Below, piece by piece: positions 7,356 to 16,367 of a stretch of 64,000 nucleotides of DNA (within the stretch, counting starts at the first letter, position 1; each line of letters starts with the position of its first letter). The notes under the pieces were generated by a model that worked only from the letters and a program-made list of their open reading frames with translations, made no database searches and was not told where the DNA came from. The stretch is from the NCBI GenBank assembly GCA_045541795.1, contig JAZQJV010000018.1:118236-182235 (forward strand), read 5' to 3'. Both the position numbers and the translations under genes were made by a program. The stretch is from Patescibacteria group bacterium (GTDB lineage: Bacteria; Patescibacteriota; Microgenomatia; UBA1400; PJMF01).

Positions 7356-8429
7356 ATGAAAAATCATCGAAAATTCCATCCTCGCATTATTGTCAATATC
7401 ATCTGTCTTTTTTCATTGGCATTATCTCACATTATTTTTTCGCTACCGATTAAAATAATTGATACAGTTTATGCCGTCGAGCGTGAAACTGTCACTGTGA
7501 GCCGTGTGATTGATGGTGATACAATCGTTTTGAATGATGGGCGAAAGGTTAGATATATTGGAATTGATACACCAGAAACAGTTCATCCAACAAAAAATGT
7601 GCAGTGTTTTGGGAAACAAGCCAGTAACAAAAATAGAGAATTAGTCCTTGGTAAAACTGTGGAACTGGAAAAAGATATCAGTGAAACTGATCGCTATGGA
7701 CGTTTACTCAGATATGTATATTTGGATGGCGTCATGATTAATCATAAATTAGTCGCTGAAGGTTATGCCACAACCGTAACCTATCCTCCAGATGTTAAGT
7801 ATAAAGAAGAATTCTCCAAAGCTCAGGCGCAGGCAAGACAAGCAAGACTTGGGCTATGGGGTAATGAATGCAACGAAAGCAGCAGCACTCACGCATCCTC
7901 AAACAACAATGCTAGCTCAAATACAAATAAAATGGATTCGTCAAGCACATCGTCATCATCTCAAAACAACAAAACTCAAAATGACCATGAAGGCAACCAA
8001 GCTTCTACTCAACCAACTAACACTAGCGCACAAAAATGTCCATCAAATTGTAGTGAGGCCAAAAGCATGGGAATGGTTAACATTACACCGTCGCATCCAT
8101 GCTGGCAAGAAAAATTTGATGGCGATAAAGATGGCGTGGGTTGTGAAAGTGACAACCGGTCTACCAATACAAAAACAACTAACAAATCCAATAATGTCAA
8201 TAAACAGACCAGTGCTACGCCGGCACCCACGCCAGTGCCAAGTCGCGCCCCAACGCCAGAACCAACCCCACCGCCTACGTCAGTGCCAGCTCCAGCTGCG
8301 CCAACCCAATCTTGTCCAAATAACTGTACCCAAGCAAAGGCAATGGGAATGGCCAATATGACACCTTCTCATCCTTGTTGGCAATCTAAATTTGACCGAG
8401 ATAAAGACGGTATTGGTTGCGAAGACTAG
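7356..8429 (+). CDS. secreted/anchored thermonuclease (SNase family) with two C-terminal Excalibur Ca-binding domains
   Basis: VIDGDTIVL..GRKVRYIGIDTPE...RYGRLLRYVY...LGLWG, plus two copies of CP.NC..AK.MGM.N.TPSHPCWQ.KFD.DKDG.GCE separated by a PT-rich linker. It has an N-terminal hydrophobic anchor. Confidence 0.85.
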   Translation: MKNHRKFHPRIIVNIICLFSLALSHIIFSLPIKIIDTVYAVERETVTVSRVIDGDTIVLNDGRKVRYIGIDTPETVHPTKNVQCFGKQASNKNRELVLGKTVELEKDISETDRYGRLLRYVYLDGVMINHKLVAEGYATTVTYPPDVKYKEEFSKAQAQARQARLGLWGNECNESSSTHASSNNNASSNTNKMDSSSTSSSSQNNKTQNDHEGNQASTQPTNTSAQKCPSNCSEAKSMGMVNITPSHPCWQEKFDGDKDGVGCESDNRSTNTKTTNKSNNVNKQTSATPAPTPVPSRAPTPEPTPPPTSVPAPAAPTQSCPNNCTQAKAMGMANMTPSHPCWQSKFDRDKDGIGCED

Positions 8430-8438
8430 AAAGTAAAA

Positions 8439-9119
8439 ATGTCACAAAAAGATAATAGCAAACATTCTTGCAGAATAATCATGGCCGCATTGCTAGTGCT
8501 TCTAAGCATTGCATTGCTGCATAAATCTTTTTTTGCTGCCGCCTTCACTATCTGCTACGCATATCTCATCTCGCCACTATCAATTCAATTGGTAAGTAAA
8601 ATATGTAAGAAAGAAAATGAGAAATGGCTATATTCAACCATGACTTTTATTTTTGCTCTTTGCTGGATGACCACAATTCAAACTGGTCAGCCACAAATGG
8701 ATAATGTGTTAACGCAAAATAGTGAAAAAAACGCATCGCTAGAGAATGCGTCAACACAAAATAATGAAAAAATCGCTTCACTAGAAAAAGAGCTCCAATC
8801 AGTTAAGAACGAAAGAGATGAAATTCAAGCAAACAACCAAAAAAGAGCCATTTCAGCTGCCAAATCATATTTGGAATACAGTCCAATGTCGAGCCGAGAG
8901 TTGATTAAGCAACTCGAGTTAGAAGAATTTTCTCATGAAGACGCAGCATACGGTGTAGAGCATGCTGATATCAATTGGAACGATCAAGCATCACGGTCAG
9001 CAGTCCTCTTTATTGAGTTTGCTAATCCGTCAACCGAAGAATTAAAAAAACAACTTGAGTACGAAGGTTTCACAAGCAACGAAATAAAATTCGCCATTGA
9101 GCATAATAGTAATGGGTAA
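8439..9119 (+). CDS. membrane protein with two Ltp-type (host cell surface-exposed lipoprotein) repeats
   Basis: AISAAKSYLEYSPMSSRELIKQLELEEFSHEDAAYGVEH and ASRSAVLFIEFANPSTEELKKQLEYEGFTSNEIKFAIEH fit the Ltp repeat pattern. It also has N-terminal TM segments and a short coiled-coil repeat. Confidence 0.7.
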   Translation: MSQKDNSKHSCRIIMAALLVLLSIALLHKSFFAAAFTICYAYLISPLSIQLVSKICKKENEKWLYSTMTFIFALCWMTTIQTGQPQMDNVLTQNSEKNASLENASTQNNEKIASLEKELQSVKNERDEIQANNQKRAISAAKSYLEYSPMSSRELIKQLELEEFSHEDAAYGVEHADINWNDQASRSAVLFIEFANPSTEELKKQLEYEGFTSNEIKFAIEHNSNG

Positions 9120-9148
9120 ATGACTCTATTGCTTCCAGTAAGGAAAGT

Positions 9149-9490
9149 ATGCCATCTACCAAAAGTTACCTTAATCACCTTCTAACTCAATTCTCGCAGT
9201 TGGATGATATTTCTTACCGCTCGATGATGGGGGAGTATATCATTTATTTCAAAGGCAAAGTAGTAGGTGGAATTTATGATGATCGATTTTTGGTCAAGAC
9301 AACAAAATCTGCACTCGCGTTGATGCCAAACACAAGCAAAGAATTACCATATCCCGGTGCGAAAGAAATGTTGTTGGTAGACGATACGGGAGACAAAGTA
9401 TTTTTACGCGAGCTGCTGACCGCGATATATGAGGAGCTGTCAGTGGTAAAGAAAAAAGAAAGCACATTAAAACGTTTATTAACGAATTGA
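9149..9490 (+). CDS. TfoX N-terminal domain protein
   Basis: L..L..L..ISYRSMMGEYIIYFKGKVVGGIYDDRFLVK fits the TfoX_N pattern. Confidence 0.65.
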   Translation: MPSTKSYLNHLLTQFSQLDDISYRSMMGEYIIYFKGKVVGGIYDDRFLVKTTKSALALMPNTSKELPYPGAKEMLLVDDTGDKVFLRELLTAIYEELSVVKKKESTLKRLLTN

Positions 9491-9502
9491 CATTCATTGT
9501 CC

Positions 9503-10165
9503 TCATCTTTGACGTCTCGCTCTCTCCATATACTCTCTTTGCACCCGCATAAATAATTCCTTATCTGCCAAAAGCGTCCGGATCTCATTTAAAAAACGCT
9601 CGTACTCCGGATCAGAAAAAAAGTATTTCGCATAGCCGCCCTCACCAAATTTTTCTTTCAGGTGTTGCCAACTTCTCACAAACAATTGCTCGTCACTAAA
9701 ATCCGGATGTAAATTTTTACCATACACAAAACTTCGATACAAACAATCTTCTACGCTCGTATTTCTGTCCGCCGTGGACACAATTTTCCCGTACACGCTC
9801 CGGGGCTCGTGATTGCTTGAAGCACGATGATCTTCGATTGCCTCTTTAATCAGTTTTAATTGTTTACCGCTAAAAAAATCAGGCAAATGCTTATCCTCAC
9901 TCATCATCCGCGCAGAAATAATCTCATGCTTGGCTGGATCAATGTGATGTCCCAGATCATGATAAGCAGCCACAGTGTAGACAATGTCTAAGTTAACGTC
10001 GGTCAGTTTTTGCGCCAAGTTAATACTTCTTTCAATGACATATTTAATGTGTTTTAAATTATGAGCTGGCTCATTTTGAGCGTACTGCGGGAAAACATTT
10101 TGCTGGATGTATGTTTGTAATTTTCTATTGACGGTAGGATAAAAATTATTTTCTAACATAAACAT
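9503..10165 (-). CDS. HD-domain phosphohydrolase
   Basis: AAYHDLGHHID and STADR motifs. The start is moved to the ATG at 10165, which lies 6 nt after a TATAAT box (plus-strand 10172-10177), so the gene is probably leaderless. Confidence 0.75.
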   Translation of the reverse strand: MFMLENNFYPTVNRKLQTYIQQNVFPQYAQNEPAHNLKHIKYVIERSINLAQKLTDVNLDIVYTVAAYHDLGHHIDPAKHEIISARMMSEDKHLPDFFSGKQLKLIKEAIEDHRASSNHEPRSVYGKIVSTADRNTSVEDCLYRSFVYGKNLHPDFSDEQLFVRSWQHLKEKFGEGGYAKYFFSDPEYERFLNEIRTLLADKELFMRVQREYMERARRQR

Positions 10166-10269
10166 TACTATATTATAACACGAGCAGACATTTTGAAAGC
10201 TCAAAAATATAGCGTCCAGTTTTTACAACTTTCGCTCATTTCACCTTACCGGTATGGTATAATACCCCT

Positions 10270-10695
10270 ATGCAAAAATCAAATAATCTTATTTCAATTA
10301 TTTTGTGTGTGATCGCGGTGGTGAGTCTCGCTCTCAATGTCTACTGTGTCAATCAAAAACACACTCAGCCGGCGCCATCAAGTCAACTTGCCGAGGCACA
10401 GGCGGCCTACAAACTTTACATCGTCATCCCAGATAGTGTCACTGATACAGATAATTACATCCGTGAGCTGGAAACAATACTTGCCAATCGTGTCCCCGGC
10501 TACACGATGTATCCCACTCGTGGCGGCTCGCATGAAGACGACGGCAGCATGAGTTATCAGACCACTTTGGTCTGCGAGCTTTACGGCACTGATAAACAAA
10601 CTGTCACCCAAATTGCCCATCAAGTGATGACCAGTTTTAATGTGAACAGTGTGCCGGTGGCAACTCTTAGTTCACAGTGGGAAATAATTCGTTGA
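10270..10695 (+). CDS. hypothetical membrane-anchored protein
   Basis: 141-aa ORF with an N-terminal TM segment. TGgTATAAT (10255-10263) lies 6 nt before the ATG. Confidence 0.55.
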   Translation: MQKSNNLISIILCVIAVVSLALNVYCVNQKHTQPAPSSQLAEAQAAYKLYIVIPDSVTDTDNYIRELETILANRVPGYTMYPTRGGSHEDDGSMSYQTTLVCELYGTDKQTVTQIAHQVMTSFNVNSVPVATLSSQWEIIR

Positions 10696-10735
10696 CGATC
10701 ATTACTGTGTAAAACTGGTACAAAACGCTACAGGT

Positions 10736-11833
10736 ATGGTGCAAACATTGATTAGGCGCTATTGGCAAACTGCATTCGCTGTTGTCCTCGTGTGTCTGTC
10801 ACTGTGGCAGCTGAGGTCTTTGTGGACTCTTCACCAATTAGATTTTCACGTTTATTATCAAGCTGGTAAAGCTTGGCGAGATGGCGGTGATCCTTATGGC
10901 GATCTAGGTCTTGGTGAAAGTTTGACCTTCCTTTATCCCGCCCCTGCTTTGCTTATCTTTTGGCCGCTTTCATTTTTGGATCTGGAGACAGCACAAAAAG
11001 TGTGGTTGCTCATCAATCTGAGTTTGATTTTTGCCAGTGTTTATTTGTGTCTCACGCTCCATCGCACGAAAATTGCCTTAGCATCAGTAATGCTGTTTTA
11101 TGCTTTTGTCCTGCAAACATTTAGCGTCAAGTATAATCTTGGCATGGGGCAGATTAATGTTTTAGTGTTATTTTTGGTTTTATCCACCTGTCACTTGCTT
11201 TCTCGCCAGCATACAAGGTTAGCGGGTTTCTTTTTAGGGCTGGCGGGCGTCGTTAAAATCTGGCCTTTGGCCTTGTTGCCGTTTTTGTTATCTAAAAAAC
11301 AGTGGACAGTGTCTATAGTCGCCATTCTCACATTTTTGCTGCTTCAATTGCCTTGGTGGCAGACGACGGCGCGCAGTTTTGCCGCTGTCAGCGCGCACTT
11401 ACATACGGCAGGGTCAATCAGCGATGACGTCTACGACCAGTCGTTTATTGTTGCCCTTAATCGTCTGATGAATTGGTCGGGATGGAAAATAGTAGTGCCG
11501 GCCGCGATGATCGCCATTTACGCCTTTGTAAGCTATCGCTTTGGCCAATGCTTACCAATTGATGAAGTTTGCTTGTTTCTAATCATTCCCATCATTTTTG
11601 CGGCGTCGCCGGTGTACGCTCACTATCTGATTTATCTTTATCCGTGCTTATATCTATTACTCCGGCGCCATTGGCTGGCTTTGCTGTGTGCTTGGTTGTC
11701 GGTGCAAATTAAAATTGGTACGGATACAGTGTGGTATTTACGCTCGTATTATGCATGGTGGGCAGCATTGCTTTGTATTATAGCATTGGTTTATGGCGGC
11801 AGCAAAAAGAATTGGCATCGACTTCCCGTATAA
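10736..11833 (+). CDS. GT87/DUF2029-like polytopic membrane glycosyltransferase
   Basis: Multi-TM protein with GQINVLVLFLV and KIWPLALLPFLL motifs typical of DUF2029/GT87. Confidence 0.6.
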   Translation: MVQTLIRRYWQTAFAVVLVCLSLWQLRSLWTLHQLDFHVYYQAGKAWRDGGDPYGDLGLGESLTFLYPAPALLIFWPLSFLDLETAQKVWLLINLSLIFASVYLCLTLHRTKIALASVMLFYAFVLQTFSVKYNLGMGQINVLVLFLVLSTCHLLSRQHTRLAGFFLGLAGVVKIWPLALLPFLLSKKQWTVSIVAILTFLLLQLPWWQTTARSFAAVSAHLHTAGSISDDVYDQSFIVALNRLMNWSGWKIVVPAAMIAIYAFVSYRFGQCLPIDEVCLFLIIPIIFAASPVYAHYLIYLYPCLYLLLRRHWLALLCAWLSVQIKIGTDTVWYLRSYYAWWAALLCIIALVYGGSKKNWHRLPV

Positions 11834-12024
11834 ATTTTCTCCTGGTGTCGCGTTTCGGGTTTGTACCTAGGTAATTCCAATTTCCTTTTCGCATTTTTTA
11901 TGGTATAATCACGCATCTTACTCACTTTCACGGTCAGATCATCACGGTTTTGCTCGTGGAGGCGGGTGAAATCAGATCTTTGACAAGTGAAGTGAAATCA
12001 TACATCCTTAAAGGAGGAATTTCC

Positions 12025-14049
12025 ATGAAGTTGAAGTTTTGGGTTTTGAGTTTGGCAGCAGTGTTGTGTTTCCCCGCTCTTGCGTCTGGTGCGAGCATCG
12101 AACAGATCTTGGCTAGCATGAGTACTAGCGATAAGATCTGTCAGCTCCTGATCCCAGCCTACCGCAAGACGGCCAGTAATGACGCCACTGTCTTAAGCAG
12201 CGACGCGGCGGCACTCATCAGTCAGTATCCTTTTGGTGGTTTTATCGTTTACGGCGAAAATCTTGTCGACAATGACGCCGGCGTCCGGTTCATCCATGAC
12301 GTCCAACGTGCTAATATCAGCGCTGATACCGGCCGGCCGCAATTGCTCGTAATGACCGATCAGGAAGGAGGCCTAGTCTATAGGCTTACTCACGGCACAA
12401 GCGGCATCTCGCCGATGGCTATGGGTGCGGCTAGAGACAGCACTGCCACTCAGACGATCGCCAAAATCCTAGGCACTGAAGTGTCGGCCCTCGGCATTAA
12501 TTGTAACCTCGCTCCAGTACTCGACGTCGTCACCAATCCGCGCGGTTATATCGGCCTGCGGGGTTTCGGCATTGATCCGCAGCTGGTAGCCGATCAAGCC
12601 AGTAGCTATCTGCGCGGCCTGCGGGAGGCGGGTGTCCTAGGGGCAGTCAAACATTTCCCCGGCACAGGCAGCGCTCAGGAAAACACAGATGGGGCCAATT
12701 TGCCCGTCGTCATTAGTAAGACCCTTGAAGAGCTAGAGTCTTGCGATCTCATTCCTTTCCGCCAGGTGATCAAGCAGGGCCTGGTAGACATCGTGATGGT
12801 TTGCAATGACAGTTTTTCAAGTATAGAAACGCGCCAATTTACCGGCTCTGACGGCCAGCAATATGCCCTCCCTGCTTCAGTTTCCCCGGCGATTATCAAT
12901 GACCTGCTGCGCTGTGGGCTCGGCTTTGACGGCCTGGTGCTCACTGATGCACTCTTGGGCACAGTCATGGCCGCACAGTTTAGTGCCGTGCAAGTCTTAG
13001 AGTTGGCTTTGCAGGCAGGCGCCGACATGATGCCGTACGCTTTAGACCTCAACTCAGTCGCGAGTGTGGCGGCATTCCAGCAGGCCCTGGAGACTTTCAC
13101 TGCACGGGTGGACGCGGATCAACAATTGCAAGGTCTACTAGACACTGCTGTCAGGAGGATTTTGACGTTTAAAAGTCGCCATGAACTCCTGACTCCGTAT
13201 GCTCGCTCAGATTCTTGGGCGGCTAGTCAGGCACAGACGGTACTCCAGAATGTCAGCAACCAGGCTCATCACGACCTCCAGTGGCCGGTTGCTTTGAGTG
13301 CGGTCACGCTGGTGGAAAACCGTAATCAGGCTTTGCCGCTTAGCGGTGATGAGAGAGTGGCCATCCTCTATTATTACGCTAGTCAGGAAGCATCAGTGCA
13401 ACTTGCTCTTGACCGGCTTGTAGCTGACGGTCAGCTGACAAGCAGCCAGGCGGCAGACGTCCTTAATCTAGACGTCCACGACGAAAACTTAAGCGAACTG
13501 CTCACCGGCGTGGACACCGTAGTCATTTTAAGCTCTGTCTATTATGAATCGGAGTTGAGCCCAGATTCTCCCTCTCCTTACAGCGACGAAATCAGTATCG
13601 TGCTGCCACTCCTGTCAGAACTCGCTGGTCGTGGAGTCAAAATCATTCACGCCAGTTGTCATCTTCCTTACGACATCGGGCTGTATCTGGGGCGAGTGGA
13701 TGCCATCCTGGCTTGCTATTTGGCCAACGGGATCTCCCTTCCTATCACCACACCAGATAATCAGCCTCGTTACGGCGTTATGGTACCGGCACTCGTTTAC
13801 AAGCTTTTTGATCAGCGGGGAGATTTTTCCGCCCGACTGCCCGTAGACATTTACACTATTAATGGCGGGCAGTATCAGCTAGACGATGTCCTTTTGTCTC
13901 GCGGCTGGGGTCTGACACTGGCTGGTGACGTCATCACTGATCCGGTAGCGACTCACCAGAGCTCTAGCGGCGGCTGTAATGCTTTGTCGGGATTGTGGCT
14001 GTGGACGGGCATTCTTGTTTTCGCCTCTAGCAAAAAGTACCACTGCTGA
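12025..14049 (+). CDS. glycoside hydrolase family 3 (NagZ-like beta-hexosaminidase/glucosidase), secreted
   Basis: MTDQEGG and KHFPGTGS motifs. AAGGAGG lies 7 nt before the ATG at 12025 and a signal peptide MKLKFWVLSLAAVLCFPALASGA follows. The track start at 11950 is probably an upstream extension. Confidence 0.8.
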   Translation: MKLKFWVLSLAAVLCFPALASGASIEQILASMSTSDKICQLLIPAYRKTASNDATVLSSDAAALISQYPFGGFIVYGENLVDNDAGVRFIHDVQRANISADTGRPQLLVMTDQEGGLVYRLTHGTSGISPMAMGAARDSTATQTIAKILGTEVSALGINCNLAPVLDVVTNPRGYIGLRGFGIDPQLVADQASSYLRGLREAGVLGAVKHFPGTGSAQENTDGANLPVVISKTLEELESCDLIPFRQVIKQGLVDIVMVCNDSFSSIETRQFTGSDGQQYALPASVSPAIINDLLRCGLGFDGLVLTDALLGTVMAAQFSAVQVLELALQAGADMMPYALDLNSVASVAAFQQALETFTARVDADQQLQGLLDTAVRRILTFKSRHELLTPYARSDSWAASQAQTVLQNVSNQAHHDLQWPVALSAVTLVENRNQALPLSGDERVAILYYYASQEASVQLALDRLVADGQLTSSQAADVLNLDVHDENLSELLTGVDTVVILSSVYYESELSPDSPSPYSDEISIVLPLLSELAGRGVKIIHASCHLPYDIGLYLGRVDAILACYLANGISLPITTPDNQPRYGVMVPALVYKLFDQRGDFSARLPVDIYTINGGQYQLDDVLLSRGWGLTLAGDVITDPVATHQSSSGGCNALSGLWLWTGILVFASSKKYHC

Positions 14050-14088
14050 TTTCACCAGTCTAGCCAAACTAGACATCTTGTCAATCGC

Positions 14089-14112
14089 GCCGCCCTGTAT
14101 AGGGCGGCTTTT
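14089..14112. terminator. bidirectional intrinsic terminator between convergent genes
   Basis: gccgccct / agggcggc stem with a gtat loop, followed by tttt. Confidence 0.65.
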
Positions 14113-14125
14113 ACGGTGTTAATTA

Positions 14126-15724
14126 CTATTTGGCCCCAAGTTTAGCTTCACTAGTGGCTGGTTTTTGCTCCCACAAAATAAACTCTTCTCCCCGCTGCAG
14201 GATTTGATAATTACTCAGCAATGCTGCCGGGAAAAAATAACCTTCATCATCTATCGTATAAGCAGCATACTCATATTCGGGAGCGTATTCATGCTGCATC
14301 TCACTGCTACCGTAGCGTGTTACTATCAGGTCTGGTGTCCGCTTGGCTATCATTTCGATGATCTCACTAAATACTTCTGGCGCCCCGGCGCGTGATAGTG
14401 TTGGCACCATGTAGTAACGCCCAGCATTGACAGCATTTGTCCCGTGGAAAAACGTATACCAACTATACGGATACAAAGCCAAAAGTTTTGGCGCGGGCGC
14501 ATAGCTCATGATGGCCGTCATGACATCTTGTTTTTCGGCGTAGATAAAATCCCTCGTGCTCTGGTAATTACGACTCAAAACAGCTGCTGTCGCCAGCACG
14601 CAGATCACACTATAAGCGGCAAATTCTGGCAAGTGAGGTTGCAAAATTTTCTCGTCCAATACCAATATTAGCATCAGCGCCAAAATCCCCATCACCCAAA
14701 ACCAATCATAAAAATGCCCGAAAACACCGTTAAAAACGATCCCGCCAACCAACAATGAGATCAGCAACACTTTAAACTGTACCGGGCACTTTTTCAAAGT
14801 TAAAAATAGCACGCTCACGAGTAAGTACACGAGCGACCAGGTGTGATTGGCTGGCAAATTCCACATCAAAGCCAATTGCTCCATGATTTTGAGGATTTTA
14901 GCCACCAAACTACCACCGGCTTGATTACCATAAGCACGAAAGGGAAGAAGAAAATAATGATAAATCAAATCAGCCCAAGCTCCATGAACGGTATACCAGG
15001 CAGCAACCAACAAACACACGCCCAAAAAACCGCCACCAAAGCCGGCCCAGAGCCTTATTTGGTCGCCCGCGCGCCGCTTAGAAATCCAGCCTAGGTAACC
15101 CAGTGTCACCAAAAAAATCCCAATATCTGTGTACTTACACCAAAAAACAACTCCAGCTAGCAAGCCCAAAATGACACTAGCTACCAATTTAGACTTGCTA
15201 GGCAATTTGGTCCAGTTTTGCGCCAGGAGCACACATCCCAAAGTGCATGTTAAAAGCAAACTCCCGATCGAACCCAAAGCGGGTGCAATCGGCTGTGGCG
15301 GTAGACCTAGATATACCAATACTGTGGCTAAAAGCGCCAGAACCAGCCGATATTTTTCTTGTACCCGCACTGACACTAAAATTTGGTGCAGCAAAAAGAA
15401 ATTGACTAAAGCGAGACTGCATTGCACCAAAAACATCCCCCGGAAGACATCACCAGGGTAAAGCAGACCTATAAGACCCCACCAATACATCCATATCGGG
15501 CCTTTCATGTCAAAAAAGTCCCGGTGTGGGAGCTCTCCACGCCGGATAAAATCACTATAAGTAGCGTAAATGCCAAAATCATCACCCAGACCAAAAACTG
15601 ACTGCAACGGCGAGAAAGGACTGGCAAGCGTCACCACGCCTAAAATAGCAAAGCAAGTAATGAAAATACCGAAACACAGCCGAAATTTTGTGTTTTCTTG
15701 CCAATAAGTAATTAGTTTGTGCAT
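14126..15724 (-). CDS. polytopic membrane protein, probable GT-C fold glycosyltransferase
   Basis: More than 10 predicted TM stretches, with an acidic loop DDFGIYATYSDF after TM1. The start is moved to the ATG at 15724 (MHKLITYW), 7 nt after TGaTATAAT on the minus strand. Confidence 0.5.
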   Translation of the reverse strand: MHKLITYWQENTKFRLCFGIFITCFAILGVVTLASPFSPLQSVFGLGDDFGIYATYSDFIRRGELPHRDFFDMKGPIWMYWWGLIGLLYPGDVFRGMFLVQCSLALVNFFLLHQILVSVRVQEKYRLVLALLATVLVYLGLPPQPIAPALGSIGSLLLTCTLGCVLLAQNWTKLPSKSKLVASVILGLLAGVVFWCKYTDIGIFLVTLGYLGWISKRRAGDQIRLWAGFGGGFLGVCLLVAAWYTVHGAWADLIYHYFLLPFRAYGNQAGGSLVAKILKIMEQLALMWNLPANHTWSLVYLLVSVLFLTLKKCPVQFKVLLISLLVGGIVFNGVFGHFYDWFWVMGILALMLILVLDEKILQPHLPEFAAYSVICVLATAAVLSRNYQSTRDFIYAEKQDVMTAIMSYAPAPKLLALYPYSWYTFFHGTNAVNAGRYYMVPTLSRAGAPEVFSEIIEMIAKRTPDLIVTRYGSSEMQHEYAPEYEYAAYTIDDEGYFFPAALLSNYQILQRGEEFILWEQKPATSEAKLGAK

Positions 15725-15817
15725 ATTTGCTATTATATCATACCAAGTATTCTTCACGCTTAGCAATTAGCGCTCGCTTCAAACTACCCAAGATAGTCGC
15801 TTTCGCCCGGTTGGGTC

Positions 15818-15845
15818 TTGACAAATAGCGATTTTATGGTATAAT
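15818..15845 (+). promoter_or_regulatory. consensus promoter of infA (TTGACA, 16 nt, TGgTATAAT), leaderless geometry
   Basis: TTGACA 15818-15823 and TATAAT 15840-15845. The ATG at 15852 is only 6 nt downstream. Confidence 0.65.
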
Positions 15846-15851
15846 AAGAAT

Positions 15852-16175
15852 ATGGGTAAGGTACAAGCACATAAAAGAGCAGAAAAAGCCAAAAGACAGG
15901 TGAATTTTCAGCTGGATAAAGTCAAGAATCCAGACATGTTTGAATTTGAAGGCATTGTGGAGGACTGTCTGCCCAATACCAGTTTCCGCCTTAGCGTCAC
16001 CAGTTCCTCGCTCGAACCGCTTGTAGGTAAAAAACTGCTGGCGACACTAGCCGGCAAAATGCGCCTCTACCGCATCCGGGTGATGCCCGGTGATCAGGTC
16101 AAAGGATATGTGTCAAAATATGATCTAACTAAGGCAAAAATCACCTATAGATCCACAAAAAAGACTTCGGCGTAA
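15852..16175 (+). CDS. infA: translation initiation factor IF-1 with a ~35-aa basic N-terminal extension
   Basis: FEGIVEDCLPNTSFRLSV...GKMRLYRIRVMPGDQVKGYVSKYDLTKAKITYR matches the IF-1 S1-like core. Confidence 0.85.
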   Translation: MGKVQAHKRAEKAKRQVNFQLDKVKNPDMFEFEGIVEDCLPNTSFRLSVTSSSLEPLVGKKLLATLAGKMRLYRIRVMPGDQVKGYVSKYDLTKAKITYRSTKKTSA

Positions 16176-16245
16176 ATTGGATGTACATTCTTGATAAATT
16201 GTGATATAATAGCGATTCTTAACAGGGAAAAAATGAGAAAGAAAA

Positions 16246-16359
16246 ATGAAAGTCAGATCGTCAGTTAAACCACTCTGCAATAAGTGTAAAGTAGTCAAGC
16301 GTCGTGGCGTCGTGCGTGTAGTCTGCACGAATCCAAAACACAAACAAAGACAAGGTTAA
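16246..16359 (+). CDS. rpmJ: 50S ribosomal protein L36
   Basis: Not in the track (37 aa). Translation is [37 protein letters not shown], translated by hand. Confidence 0.9.
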   Translation: MKVRSSVKPLCNKCKVVKRRGVVRVVCTNPKHKQRQG

Positions 16360-16367
16360 AGGTCAAT

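Noticed and set aside
7792-8361. 189-aa (+) and 115-aa (-) ORFs overlapping the thermonuclease gene
   Set aside because: They lie in alternative frames of the low-complexity Ser/Asn/Thr and PT-linker region. The SNase/Excalibur frame has clear domain motifs, so these are shadow ORFs.
7044-9490. Prophage remnant (Ltp-like domain, nuclease, TM2, plus a holin-family gene at 50371)
   Set aside because: I could recognise no capsid, terminase, portal, tail or integrase genes in the window. The holin-family protein is of the widespread YvlD type and lies 40 kb away.
11950-12024. Upstream start of the GH3 ORF (699-aa model)
   Set aside because: A strong AAGGAGG plus the ATG at 12025 followed by a textbook signal peptide is the better start. 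The upstream part is the structured leader.
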